Positions 41,726-51,564 of a stretch of DNA of 64,000 nucleotides are shown piece by piece. The stretch lies in assembly GCA_038245555.1 (NCBI GenBank), contig JBBRSH010000006.1, forward strand, positions 7,151 through 71,150, read 5' to 3'. The DNA is from Pyrinomonadales bacterium. Its GTDB lineage: Bacteria; Acidobacteriota; Blastocatellia; Pyrinomonadales; Pyrinomonadaceae. The stretch's first letter is position 1. Every line of letters begins with the position of its first letter. A program made the position numbers and the translations under genes. A model generated the notes under the pieces. It saw only the letters and a program-made list of their open reading frames with translations. It made no database searches and was not told where the DNA came from.

Positions 41726-43642
41726 GTGAATAGTGAAGAACTCGAAAAAAGTCTCAAAGGCGAATTCGAGAGTTATGTTAACGGACTCCTGGTACAAACG
41801 CGCGCGGATGTATCCGAATTTCAAATCAAGATCGAAGCCGAAATGGAAAAGCATCGTGCCCAACTGGATGCTGCGTTTCAGGGTTTCACTGCGCGCTTCG
41901 AAAACGTGCCGGAGTTCGACGGCGGATTTAAAGAATCCGTTATCGAGCACCTGAGATTGGCTCGCGATGAGGGTGCAAAGATCACTGCCACCGCGATCGC
42001 TGAGGCCGAAGAGCTTGAAAAGGCGTCGGAGCCGAGAGCCAACCTGTCGGATCTAAGGGAAGCCATTTTTGATATCAGCAGCAAGGATTCGCAGTCGGCG
42101 ATCCTCAAGGCACTGATAATCCACGCCGCCAAGTACACACCCCGGGGCGTCTTCTTTATCGTCAAGAATGCTCATTTTATAGGCTGGAAACTCTTTGGCA
42201 AGGAAGCCGGTGACGGCGAGAACGTCGTCCGAGAGATCCACTTTCCGATCGATGCGGATTCGATACTCGGTGCGGCAGCGAAAAAACTTGCGTCGGTCGA
42301 CGGTTCGTTCGGGACATACGCCGAGGATCACGTTTTTCTCGATCCCCTGCGATTTGGAAAGCCGGACCGAATGTACGCTATACCGCTGATCGCCCGCGGA
42401 CGCGGAGTTGCGGTCCTCTACGCAGATTATGGGCACGAAGGCGTTTCCGTTAGTACGGACGCTCTGGAAATGCTTGTCAAGGTCGCCGGTCTGACCGTCG
42501 AACTGCTCGCCTCGGCCAAGACCGTCGAACCGGAAGGCAAACAGCCTGAAAGGGCTGATTTCGCGGAAACACATTTTGAGGAAGAGACAGCGGCGGCCAC
42601 ACCGCCGGCCGCGGACCCGTTTTACGAAACGGTCGCGGAACCACCGGCACCACAGGTTTTCTCGACACCCTTTCCGGAGCCAAATTTCGGGAACACCTTT
42701 ACGCAGGATCAATCGTTCACGCAAGATCGATCGTTTACGTCCGATCAGCCGTCTCCGACCGACCAATCATTTACGGCGGATCCACCGTTTAGGGCAGATC
42801 AGAACTTCACCCCGGATCAGCCGTTCGCGGACTCGCTAACGGAACCCGCGACAAGTGGTTTTGAGTTCAAGCAAAACTTTGATGAGGGAGCCGAATTCAC
42901 TCCGGCCATCGCCGAGGCGCCGATCGAACCGCCATCATCGACTCCATTTGCGGAATTCGAAAGTTCACCGTTGATTACGGATTTCGAGAGCATGTCGCCT
43001 CCGGCAGCTGAATTCGAGACGCCGATACCGACCGCTGACTTTGGTACCATCCCAGATACTGTCCCGCCGCCAATGGACGACGGCGATCTTTCCGCCCAGC
43101 TCCGCGCGTTCGATTTACCAGCTGCCGCGGAACCAGTAGTTCAGGCGGTTCCCGTTAACGAGCCGGCAATGGTATTTGACACGCCGGCACCGGTCGCCGA
43201 GTCGCCGAGTTTTGAGAACTCACCCTTTGGCGGGACCGCCGATCAGTTTCAGCCAGCCGGCATGCCTGCAGCAGCGGCACCAGTAGTTGAACGAATCGTT
43301 GCAAAACCGGCCGGGACTCGGCTGAGTGACCGCCATGTCGATCTGCCGATCGAGGTAGCCGAAGACGAACGACGCCTGCATAACGACGCACGGCGCTTCG
43401 CCCGACTTCTGGTCTCCGAGATCAAGCTATACAACGAAAAGAAGGTACAGGAAGGGCGCGAAAACAACGACCTTTACGAACGCCTACGCGAGGCAATCGA
43501 TCGTTCGCGGGAAATGTACGATAAACGAGTACAGACGCCGGTATCGTCTAAATTCGATTATTTTCACTATGAATTGGTCAATTCACTCGCTGAAGGAGAT
43601 GTGGAACGACTCGGGCCCAGGTACCCGGGACCAAGCTCCTGA
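41726..43642 (+). CDS. hypothetical multidomain protein: coiled coil, GAF-like domain, long disordered Pro/Phe/Asp repeat region, and a conserved basic-helical C-terminal domain
   Basis: 638 aa. Repeats FTQDQS FTQDRS FTSDQP SPTDQS FTADPP FRADQN FTPDQP. C-terminus ERRLHNDARRFARLLVSEIKLYNEKKVQEGRENNDLYERLREAIDRSREMYDKRV. Confidence 0.75.
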   Translation: MNSEELEKSLKGEFESYVNGLLVQTRADVSEFQIKIEAEMEKHRAQLDAAFQGFTARFENVPEFDGGFKESVIEHLRLARDEGAKITATAIAEAEELEKASEPRANLSDLREAIFDISSKDSQSAILKALIIHAAKYTPRGVFFIVKNAHFIGWKLFGKEAGDGENVVREIHFPIDADSILGAAAKKLASVDGSFGTYAEDHVFLDPLRFGKPDRMYAIPLIARGRGVAVLYADYGHEGVSVSTDALEMLVKVAGLTVELLASAKTVEPEGKQPERADFAETHFEEETAAATPPAADPFYETVAEPPAPQVFSTPFPEPNFGNTFTQDQSFTQDRSFTSDQPSPTDQSFTADPPFRADQNFTPDQPFADSLTEPATSGFEFKQNFDEGAEFTPAIAEAPIEPPSSTPFAEFESSPLITDFESMSPPAAEFETPIPTADFGTIPDTVPPPMDDGDLSAQLRAFDLPAAAEPVVQAVPVNEPAMVFDTPAPVAESPSFENSPFGGTADQFQPAGMPAAAAPVVERIVAKPAGTRLSDRHVDLPIEVAEDERRLHNDARRFARLLVSEIKLYNEKKVQEGRENNDLYERLREAIDRSREMYDKRVQTPVSSKFDYFHYELVNSLAEGDVERLGPRYPGPSS

Positions 43643-43669
43643 TACCAATTGACCTAAAAAGATAGTAAA

Positions 43670-43698
43670 GCCGTCAGACAGGGGTCTGGCGGCTTTTG
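43670..43698 (+). terminator. intrinsic terminator
   Basis: gccgtcagac aggg gtctggcggc (10-bp stem, one mismatch) followed by tttt. Confidence 0.6.
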
Positions 43699-43727
43699 TG
43701 ATAATGCGAACTGGAAACTGGAAATGC

Positions 43728-44249
43728 CTATTGTTCGATTTTTTCGGACGGGAACACCGGTCGGGTCGGCCCTGGATTATCGGGAGATGTGTGCCGATGG
43801 GATATCTTCCAATCCTTGCCTACCAACTTGAAGATCAGAGTCATTCGGCCGGAGGCGCTTTCGAGCTTATGATCGTTCTCCTGGGATTGTTTCCATTTGC
43901 AACTTACATAGGCCGCAGTGCGGCCAAGCATTTCTATGCGTAACCCAGTGATCTCGATATTCACATTGGTCAGTTTCGCGTATGTTCGATCGACGTTGGT
44001 CTTTACGCTGTCCCAGCCGATCGTGGCCGAACCGTTATTATTAAAGATCAGCAATCGGGAGCTCTTTTCATAAAGGCTCATGACCTTATCGGCGTCCACT
44101 TGTTTGATACCTTCGATGAGCCTGTCAAATGCATCGTGGACGCCCTTAGCAGGATCCGCCTTCGCCGGGGCGGCCTTCTGCCCAAAGGCGACGGCTGCAA
44201 AAACCAACACTACGGCAACTAATCCAAAGATCTTCCTAATGTTATTCAT
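43728..44249 (-). CDS. secreted SnoaL-like / DUF4440 (NTF2-fold) protein
   Basis: 173 aa. Signal peptide. FDRLIEGIKQVDADKVMSLY, AYVSCKW, WKISHRH. Confidence 0.75.
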   Translation of the reverse strand: MNNIRKIFGLVAVVLVFAAVAFGQKAAPAKADPAKGVHDAFDRLIEGIKQVDADKVMSLYEKSSRLLIFNNNGSATIGWDSVKTNVDRTYAKLTNVNIEITGLRIEMLGRTAAYVSCKWKQSQENDHKLESASGRMTLIFKLVGKDWKISHRHTSPDNPGPTRPVFPSEKIEQ

Positions 44250-44540
44250 ATTTCCCTTTTTTCAGAAGTCACCTGTGAGTTTATTATTGCCCATCTTTGA
44301 AATGCAACACGAGAGTTCGCAAGACAGCCTTTTGCACTATTTCGTCTGGCTGATAACCGAGGTTGCACCTTTTGGTTGCCTGCGATTCTTCGGTCGAGCG
44401 AAAAATGCCCGCTGCGGCCTCTACCAGCTGAAGACCGAGTATTCGGTACGCTTATTGCTTGACGAATCTGCATTGGTTGAAGAACTCCCGCCTCAACTTC
44501 TCTTTCCCCGCTAGAAAAAGCAAATTGTGGAGGGAACTAA

Positions 44541-46583
44541 ATGCATTTCAACAGGATATTTCTAATGGCGACGCTGCTCGCCCTCATCCTTTTCGCTGCT
44601 TCGATCGTCGTTGCAAATCCAGCCCGGACTATCAATCTTCCGGCCGCAGGGTTCGGCCACTTCGAAGACGACGATGAGATCCCCGACGTAACTGATCGTG
44701 TCGCGCGAATCAGTTTTGTTAGAGGTGACGTGAAGATCAAACGTGCCGACAGCGACACGTGGGAACGTGCGTCTCTGAACCTGCCGATCGTAGAGGGCGA
44801 CGAGATCACAACGTCGGCTGACAGCCGGCTGGAGATCCAGTTTAATAACTACCGCCACTTGCGGCTTGCCGAAAACGGCTACATAAAGATCGTCAAGCTT
44901 TTTGACGAGGGCATCGCGGTAAGTGTTCCGCAGGGAACCGTGAATATCCGAATCACGGAATTCGATAAGGACCGCTCGTATTTCGAAATGGATGGTCCTA
45001 ATACGACCATCGCATTACAGCGGGCAGGGTCTTACAGGTTAGACGCCGGAGGGCCGGGCTCACAGGAAATTCGTCTCCGTGTTACGGATAGCGGCGAGGC
45101 ACGCGTATATTCGGAAGCTTCCGGCTTCACCCTCAAAAACGGCCGCAGCGCCCGCGTATTCATCGGCGGGACTAATGCCGGCGAATGGGAACCGGGTGAT
45201 GCCTCGCTTGTCACAGATGAATTTGACACCTGGGCGATCGGCCGCGACGCGACAATAGCAAAATCACTCCAAAAAGCGTACTACGATAGGTATTACGACA
45301 GCGACATTTATGGAGCTGACGATCTCAATGATTTTGGCGAGTGGGTCTACACCCAGAAATACGGTTATGTTTGGCGCCCCTACGGCACAGCGACGAGCCC
45401 GTACGCGAGCTGGTCGCCTTATCGGTACGGCCAGTGGCGATGGGTGCCGCCATACGGCTGGACCTGGGTAAATGACGAACCTTGGGGTTGGGCGACTTAC
45501 CATCACGGCCGTTGGCTATTCGATTCGGGGAATTGGTACTGGTCACCTTACGGCTACTATAGATACAGCCGAAGTTGGTGGTCTCCGGCCCTGGTGATAG
45601 TTTCGGTATTTAATAGCAGCGTCTGCTGGTATCCTCTGCCCTACGATTACGGGTATTTCAATTTCAATCGTTACTATCACTCGCATGGCGGCTGGAACGG
45701 TGGTCACCATGGAGGGCCCGGTAACAACAGTCCTGGCCGCGGCCCCGTCTCGACACCGACACCAGCGGTAGCCATTTTACCAGGTGGACCATTGACCAAA
45801 ATCCGGGGACCAAAGAAATCGCCGTTTGAATCGGTCCCTACGACCGCTGTCGTAAGTGTTCCGGCCGATCAATTCGGCGGCTCGACCAGGAACATTCAGA
45901 AAACGACGCTCGCAACCTCTCCGGCTGTCCTCGCTCAGGTGCCGGACGATCGTAAGGCGACCCCCGTTTTGCCGACGTTCAATGAGACCAGGGGCCCTCG
46001 CCGGTTGGACGTCGCTACGGATAAGCCGCGAATCGCAGAGGTTGCGACGCTCAAAACCGGGGCGACGCCGCGCTCAACCGATGAGCCGCTTGACCAGCAA
46101 CTTCGAACCAACCGGGTCTTTGGCGGGCGACCGCCGGTTACGAACAAAGATGTAAGAAATGATCCAAAGAGCGAATCCCAGCCGAGCAGTATGCCGGTAA
46201 GAACCGGTGCGGTCGATCGTCCCCCTCGGGTGACTCCGAACACGAATTCCGAAGACATTCGCAAACCTACGCGAAAAACTGGCGGCGATGATATCCAAGA
46301 AACCAATGTGCGGGAGACGCCTCGTGACATCAGGCCGCCTCGGCAGGAAACGCCTCGCGAAATAAGGCCACCTCGGCAGGAAACGCCAAAGTACGAGGTT
46401 CCCATCCGAGAGTCGCCACCGCCGAGAAGTGTCCAGCCAACTCGGAATGAGACGCCGACGCCAACAAAGCGGCCGGATGCTCCGTCAAAGTCGGAGCCAC
46501 CGCCGAAGGCCGACTCGAAACCACCGGACAAGCCCCGGCCGACTCCTTCCGAGTCAAAAGTCGAGAAAAAGAAAGATGGTTAG
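44541..46583 (+). CDS. FecR-domain / DUF6600-like secreted protein with a Pro/Arg-rich repetitive tail
   Basis: 680 aa. VARISFVRGDVKIKRADSDTWERASLNLPIVEGDEITT is FecR-like. A W/Y-rich block (YGYVWRPY..WSPYRYGQWRWVPPYGWTWVNDEPWGWATYHHGRW). Tail has ETPRDIRPPRQ ETPREIRPPRQ ETPK (33-nt tandem repeat at about 46313-46390). Confidence 0.8.
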   Translation: MHFNRIFLMATLLALILFAASIVVANPARTINLPAAGFGHFEDDDEIPDVTDRVARISFVRGDVKIKRADSDTWERASLNLPIVEGDEITTSADSRLEIQFNNYRHLRLAENGYIKIVKLFDEGIAVSVPQGTVNIRITEFDKDRSYFEMDGPNTTIALQRAGSYRLDAGGPGSQEIRLRVTDSGEARVYSEASGFTLKNGRSARVFIGGTNAGEWEPGDASLVTDEFDTWAIGRDATIAKSLQKAYYDRYYDSDIYGADDLNDFGEWVYTQKYGYVWRPYGTATSPYASWSPYRYGQWRWVPPYGWTWVNDEPWGWATYHHGRWLFDSGNWYWSPYGYYRYSRSWWSPALVIVSVFNSSVCWYPLPYDYGYFNFNRYYHSHGGWNGGHHGGPGNNSPGRGPVSTPTPAVAILPGGPLTKIRGPKKSPFESVPTTAVVSVPADQFGGSTRNIQKTTLATSPAVLAQVPDDRKATPVLPTFNETRGPRRLDVATDKPRIAEVATLKTGATPRSTDEPLDQQLRTNRVFGGRPPVTNKDVRNDPKSESQPSSMPVRTGAVDRPPRVTPNTNSEDIRKPTRKTGGDDIQETNVRETPRDIRPPRQETPREIRPPRQETPKYEVPIRESPPPRSVQPTRNETPTPTKRPDAPSKSEPPPKADSKPPDKPRPTPSESKVEKKKDG

Positions 46584-46609
46584 CAGTAAGGCTAATTAAT
46601 TAACATGCA

Positions 46610-46640
46610 ACGGCCTCGCGACTAGCTGTCGCGAGGCCGT
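46610..46640. terminator. bidirectional intrinsic terminator between convergent genes
   Basis: acggcctcgcgac tagct gtcgcgaggccgt (13-bp perfect stem) followed by ttatt. Confidence 0.75.
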
Positions 46641-46658
46641 TTATTATGCTCGTATATT

Positions 46659-47969
46659 CTAACTCTTTAAAAATATTGTCCTGTCGATCGCATTCTGGTC
46701 ACCTATCACCACAAAGCGAATGTTCTTCATGTATTTCGTCGCAACCGCGAGGACGTCTGCCGCTTTTACTTTTCGCACGCCATCCAGAAACTTTTCCGAG
46801 TTCCGCCATCCACCTCCGACAAGCTCATATCTCGCTAACTCCCCGACTTGCGCGGAATTTGTCTCCTGGTCTAGGTAATAGGTTGTCAGGAAATAGCCGG
46901 GAACATTTGTAAATTCGTCACTTTCGATCTCGGCGGTTCGCATCTTCGTTATCTCGTTGAGCATTACGCGGACCGCTTGGTTGGCATCGACGGCCGTGAC
47001 ATAGATATCGCCGGAATTTGCTGTCCGATTGTCCATATCCGCATCCGGAGCGTACGAAAGATTGCGCTTGGTCCGCACCTCTTCATAGACGCGGCCCTTC
47101 AATATAGCGATCGCGACCCGCATCGCGTAATAGTCGGGGCTCGAAAGCGACGGTGCCGAGAAAATGCCCTTTATATAATTGGTCGATAGCGGACGGGGCG
47201 TGATCTCAAGGCTCGGCGCGGAAAACGTCAGCTGCGGTAGCGCAGAATCTTTATAATCCCCTTTTGGCAACCCCGAAAATGATGCCGTCACGGCTTTTTT
47301 CAGATCATCTACCTGAATGTCGCCCACAACGATCAGTAACAAATGCGATGTCTGCAAGAGCTTTTGATAATACGCACGCAATTCGACCGGTGTAAACTTT
47401 GTGACGGTTTCGACCGTTCCAGAAGGACTGTTCGCATACGGATGGCCGGCGTAAACGACCTTTTCCTCAAGCGAACCGAGAGCGCTATCGGGACTTGCGT
47501 TAGCGTTTCGGAGGCCAGCCAGAGCGACACTCCTGATACGCTCGACGTCATCGGCGGCAAAGGTCGGATTCAACACGACATCCGTAAACGCATCCCACGA
47601 ACGGACAAAGTGTTCTGACGTAGTCGTCATCGACATGGCTCCAAAATCAAAGCCCGATCCTCCGCCGATCACCGTACCGGTTTGGGCCAGCTCCTTTCGA
47701 AGAGTTTCCCGCGGGTACTTTTTGCTTGCCTCGGTCGCGACGGAGAGCGCAAGATTTTCGATCCCGGCGTTTGGGGCAGATTGATTTCGCACGCCTCCCT
47801 TGACAAACAGTCCCGCGGAGACGGTCGGCGAACTGGACCGCCGCTTGAATATGACCTTCAGTCCATTAACGTCAAACTCCGTCACGTTGGCGGTCGGCGA
47901 GGTTGTTGTCTGCGAATAGCCCGCGAAGACTGAGGTCAAAAGGATAAGCAAAACTAGTAGAAACTTCAT
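46659..47969 (-). CDS. M16-family peptidase, non-catalytic-type subunit
   Basis: 436 aa. Signal peptide. Peptidase_M16/M16_C architecture without an HxxEH motif. Confidence 0.8.
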   Translation of the reverse strand: MKFLLVLLILLTSVFAGYSQTTTSPTANVTEFDVNGLKVIFKRRSSSPTVSAGLFVKGGVRNQSAPNAGIENLALSVATEASKKYPRETLRKELAQTGTVIGGGSGFDFGAMSMTTTSEHFVRSWDAFTDVVLNPTFAADDVERIRSVALAGLRNANASPDSALGSLEEKVVYAGHPYANSPSGTVETVTKFTPVELRAYYQKLLQTSHLLLIVVGDIQVDDLKKAVTASFSGLPKGDYKDSALPQLTFSAPSLEITPRPLSTNYIKGIFSAPSLSSPDYYAMRVAIAILKGRVYEEVRTKRNLSYAPDADMDNRTANSGDIYVTAVDANQAVRVMLNEITKMRTAEIESDEFTNVPGYFLTTYYLDQETNSAQVGELARYELVGGGWRNSEKFLDGVRKVKAADVLAVATKYMKNIRFVVIGDQNAIDRTIFLKS

Positions 47970-47989
47970 ATTAATTCTTTCGGGAAGAT

Positions 47990-49489
47990 CTATTTTCCTA
48001 TCAGATCAGTTTCGGTCAGGTTCGAGGCCTTCTGCGCGGCGGGGGACAACATCGCAAGGCCGATATGCGGTTTTCCGGTTATATAGGTCGAGATATATTT
48101 GTTGATATCATTCCGGTTGATGCCGCGCAAGTTCGTGTAGTAACCGCGATAATAGTCGGTACCCGTCGACGACCACCAGAATCCGAGTGTATGCGAATAA
48201 TCGCTCAGTTTTTCCCGCATAAACAGGTCGCGTGCCTCGACCAGCGTCTTGGCATTCGCGAGTTCCTCGTCCGTGAAATAATTTGGGTCATTAAAATGCG
48301 ACATCTCATTGTAAACCGCTGCCGCTGCAGCCTTTGCCTTGTCCGGTGTTGTTACGAACGTGACCCTAATCGGACCGACATTTCGCTGGGTGAAATAATG
48401 AACGTCAACCGAGACCGCAAGCCCGCTGTCGACAATGGCCCGCTGAAGACGCGAATCGGGCTGAGAGACGATGAATGAAAAGACGTCCGCCGCATATGTC
48501 GACGCATTGTCTTTGCCGATCGACGGGCCCTGCCAGCCAAGCTGCATTATCACGCTTTCAACATCCTGATTTACAAAGATACCTTCGCTTTTGGAGAGCG
48601 GCGGATGGTCGACGAGCGGAAACTTTACAAACGGATCATCGCCCTTTTTCCATATTCCGAACAGTTCCTCTGCCATTGCAAAGACCTTTTCCGGCAGAAC
48701 ATCGCCGCTGACGATCAGTGCTGAGTTATTCGGAACGTAATATCGCGACTGAATGATCCGCATCTTCTCCGTCGTAGCGGTCGCGACCGTTTCGCGGGTT
48801 CCACCAGGGCTCTTTCGCGAAGGGTACTTGTAAAAGAGCTTATCCATCATTGTCCGCTCAAGGTAATAACCCGGTTCGGACTGCTGACGGTCGAGCTCGC
48901 CGAGAACGACCTGGATCTCCTGTCGAAACTCTTCCTCGTCAAAGGTCGGAAATAGCATTGCGTCACGCATAGCCCGCATCATGGTCGAGACGTTCGAACT
49001 GGTCGCGGTGAAGTAGTAGTTTACGTACTCTTCCTGGGTAGAGCCGTTACGGACATACCCGCTCTTATCAAGCTCGTTGAGATAGGCGACATCGCCGATC
49101 TGGGACTTTAGCTTGAGTTGCTCGGAACAGTTCTTACCCATGAAATAGTCCATCTGATTGATGCTCTTGGCATAGTCACAACGAAATATGCCGACCGCCT
49201 TATTGAGCTTGAAGAACATATGTTCATAAAGGTGTGACAGTCCGTTCAATTCGGGCGGCTCGGTAAACGAACCATTCCGGACGGCGATCTCCACCGTCAC
49301 GAGCGGTACGCCCGAATCGGGATAAACGATCACCTCGAGCCCGTTTGCGAGCACCTTACTGACATACGGTATCTTGACCGCTACATGAGTGCGGACGGGA
49401 CGGTCCGCCGAGACAGGGGCGGCCTTTTGACCGAAACCGGCGCCGAGCATCGAGAGGAGAAGAATTGGGACAAAAAGGATTTTTTTCAC
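47990..49489 (-). CDS. M16-family zinc peptidase (pitrilysin-like), catalytic-type subunit
   Basis: 499 aa. Signal peptide. LSHLYEHMFF contains the inverted zinc motif HxxEH. Confidence 0.85.
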   Translation of the reverse strand: MKKILFVPILLLSMLGAGFGQKAAPVSADRPVRTHVAVKIPYVSKVLANGLEVIVYPDSGVPLVTVEIAVRNGSFTEPPELNGLSHLYEHMFFKLNKAVGIFRCDYAKSINQMDYFMGKNCSEQLKLKSQIGDVAYLNELDKSGYVRNGSTQEEYVNYYFTATSSNVSTMMRAMRDAMLFPTFDEEEFRQEIQVVLGELDRQQSEPGYYLERTMMDKLFYKYPSRKSPGGTRETVATATTEKMRIIQSRYYVPNNSALIVSGDVLPEKVFAMAEELFGIWKKGDDPFVKFPLVDHPPLSKSEGIFVNQDVESVIMQLGWQGPSIGKDNASTYAADVFSFIVSQPDSRLQRAIVDSGLAVSVDVHYFTQRNVGPIRVTFVTTPDKAKAAAAAVYNEMSHFNDPNYFTDEELANAKTLVEARDLFMREKLSDYSHTLGFWWSSTGTDYYRGYYTNLRGINRNDINKYISTYITGKPHIGLAMLSPAAQKASNLTETDLIGK

Positions 49490-49608
49490 TGGAAACTCCG
49501 GAAGTTATGTGTTCGAGCCGCTTGTAAGGGCCTGAGTCTTTCTAATAATCTAGCATACAGAATCTAAATTTTCGGCAGAGTCTAAGATATTGCTGGAGAC
49601 CAAAAACT

Positions 49609-49842
49609 ATGGAACGCGACAATATGATGCACGGAGCCCGCACGGCGTTGAATACAGATATGGATATTCGTGCATGGGCTGAAAATTACCTCAAGGAAAA
49701 AACCCGCGAGGAGAATACGCAGATGACTCCGGAAGAGTTTGAGAAATACTGGAAATATCACAAACCTGAAATAATGCATGCAGGAGCGGCCGAAGCAATG
49801 GCTGCCTTCAGAGATGACAAAAGAAACGGGACTGAGTCTTGA
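49609..49842 (+). CDS. small hypothetical protein (possibly non-coding)
   Basis: 77 aa. GGAG about 11 nt upstream. Highly charged, helical. No family recognised. Confidence 0.3.
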   Translation: MERDNMMHGARTALNTDMDIRAWAENYLKEKTREENTQMTPEEFEKYWKYHKPEIMHAGAAEAMAAFRDDKRNGTES

Positions 49843-50178
49843 GTTGTAAGTCGTGAATTCCATTCGTCATCTTGTAATTAATACTTAAGGCGTCCTTCAA
49901 TACTCCCCGCTCCATATTACCGGCGAAAACAGGTGGAACTCTTTTAGCTTGTCGAGTTGGACGAGGACACGTCATGTCACCGACATTTGTTAGCAAGGAT
50001 GAGGCACCACCGCGGGCCGAGTGGCTGACGGACGGTCAAGGGCTTTAACCCAATACATCGCGATTCGTCATCGAAAACGTCGCTTAAAAATGGCCAAGAT
50101 GATAATAATTTCGATGACCAGGTTTTCCCGACTTTATATATCTGACTGACGACAATACTCGTTAGAAACAAAGCGTTC

Positions 50179-51504
50179 TCATCCCCTCCGGTTCGCCAAT
50201 ATTTTAACGAATGAACCTGAGCGGAGCTCGTCGAGCGTAATGCTAGTTCTGCGGGTGGCTTCGTCGGCGGTTATGGCTCCGCAGTTTATAGCCCGGAGGA
50301 AGTAGTTGAGCAGGCCCTGGCCGGTGGCGGCGTCGTCGAAGATGTCGCCGACAAGCGTTGCTCGGGCGGCTTTTTCGATAAAGTTGCTGAGGCGTTCGCT
50401 GGCGGTGTCGAGGCCCTCGAGAAAGAAGGTGAAAACCGCGGCGTACCGCGTGGGAAGCTGTCCGGGGTGAAGGTCCCAGCCCTGATAGAACGCATTCGCG
50501 AGTGAGTGACGGCACTCGTCGTAGTGGAGTTTCCAGGAACGGTGAACTGCCGTGTTGTTTTCGGCTATCTGCTCGGGCGTGAGGGCGTCCCCGCGGTGTG
50601 GGGCGACGGGCATGACATTTGTGGCACCATCGGAGAGCCAAACGCCGGTTCCGCCGAGCGATACCTGCATAAAACTTCGCGCAAAATCGCACGCGGGATG
50701 AAGCATGCCCTGGTACGCCGCGGTGATCTCGCAGCTCGCCGTGTAATCGTAAACGCCGAAATGTGCTGCCGTGCACCGTCCGCGGGCCGCGTCAAGCAAA
50801 TGTGGCATCGCAATACGGCCATCTGCGGCGATGATCGATTGCGGTGTCTCGATCATCATCTCCATCTTCAGCGAGTTTGCGGCGAGACCGAGCTTTGGTT
50901 CGATCTCGTCAAATATATCGGCGAGTGCTGTGACCTGTTCGGGCGTGACGATCTTTGGCAGGGTCACGACAAAGTTTGCGGGGAGCTTTCCGCCCAAGGT
51001 GGTGAGGAATAGATCGAGTGTCCGCATGCTGCGCGAGTGAAGATCTTCGCTAAACGTCTTGATCCGGATCCCAATAAACGGCGGCAGAGTTCCAGCATCG
51101 ATACCTTTCAATACTTCTTCGGCGGCGGTGACTGCGTGGCCGTCCTCCTCAGCGTCGGGGCGTGTGCCGTAACCATCTTCGAAATCGATCCGGAAATCCT
51201 CGACCGCCTCGCGTGCGAGTTTTTCGCGTACACGCTCAAAAACGATATCGCGAATCCTTTCGGGAATATCGAGGGCTGAGCCAAACGTCGCCGCGTCCGG
51301 CGCGAACGTTTCGAAGAAACGCGTCGCAAGCTGGCCAAGCCGGACAGCCGTATCGGCTTTGAACAAGTGTGCCCCGCCGTAAACGGTATGAACCGGCTGG
51401 CGTCGCGGCGTTTCGCCCGGAAAGCGTTTCGCGAACGAAGTAAGTGACGGTCGGAGTCGCGAGGTGATGGTCTCGATGGTTTCAAGTGATAGCGATATTG
51501 TCAT
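50179..51504 (-). CDS. HpcH/CitE/malate-synthase-like TIM-barrel protein (aldolase/lyase superfamily; resembles the DUF6986 type)
   Basis: 441 aa. EDFRIDFEDGYG, MEMMIETPQSI and AAHFGVYDYTAS resemble the metal- and substrate-binding blocks of the CitE/HpcH fold. Last gene of the uricolysis gene string. Confidence 0.7.
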   Translation of the reverse strand: MTISLSLETIETITSRLRPSLTSFAKRFPGETPRRQPVHTVYGGAHLFKADTAVRLGQLATRFFETFAPDAATFGSALDIPERIRDIVFERVREKLAREAVEDFRIDFEDGYGTRPDAEEDGHAVTAAEEVLKGIDAGTLPPFIGIRIKTFSEDLHSRSMRTLDLFLTTLGGKLPANFVVTLPKIVTPEQVTALADIFDEIEPKLGLAANSLKMEMMIETPQSIIAADGRIAMPHLLDAARGRCTAAHFGVYDYTASCEITAAYQGMLHPACDFARSFMQVSLGGTGVWLSDGATNVMPVAPHRGDALTPEQIAENNTAVHRSWKLHYDECRHSLANAFYQGWDLHPGQLPTRYAAVFTFFLEGLDTASERLSNFIEKAARATLVGDIFDDAATGQGLLNYFLRAINCGAITADEATRRTSITLDELRSGSFVKILANRRG

Positions 51505-51564
51505 AGCGAGTGATACTTGTAGCTCTGTTTAACCTGCCTCCAGCTTTAGCTGGAGGTACCGTCG

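Noticed and set aside
42053-42766. 237-aa minus-strand ORF. Similar cases are 6760-7443, 32548-33183, 45935-46531, 50243-50776, 52475-53077, 55644-56213, 59193-59840 and 61458-62003.
   Set aside because: All lie antisense or out of frame within strongly supported genes and show Arg/Gly-rich shadow-frame composition.
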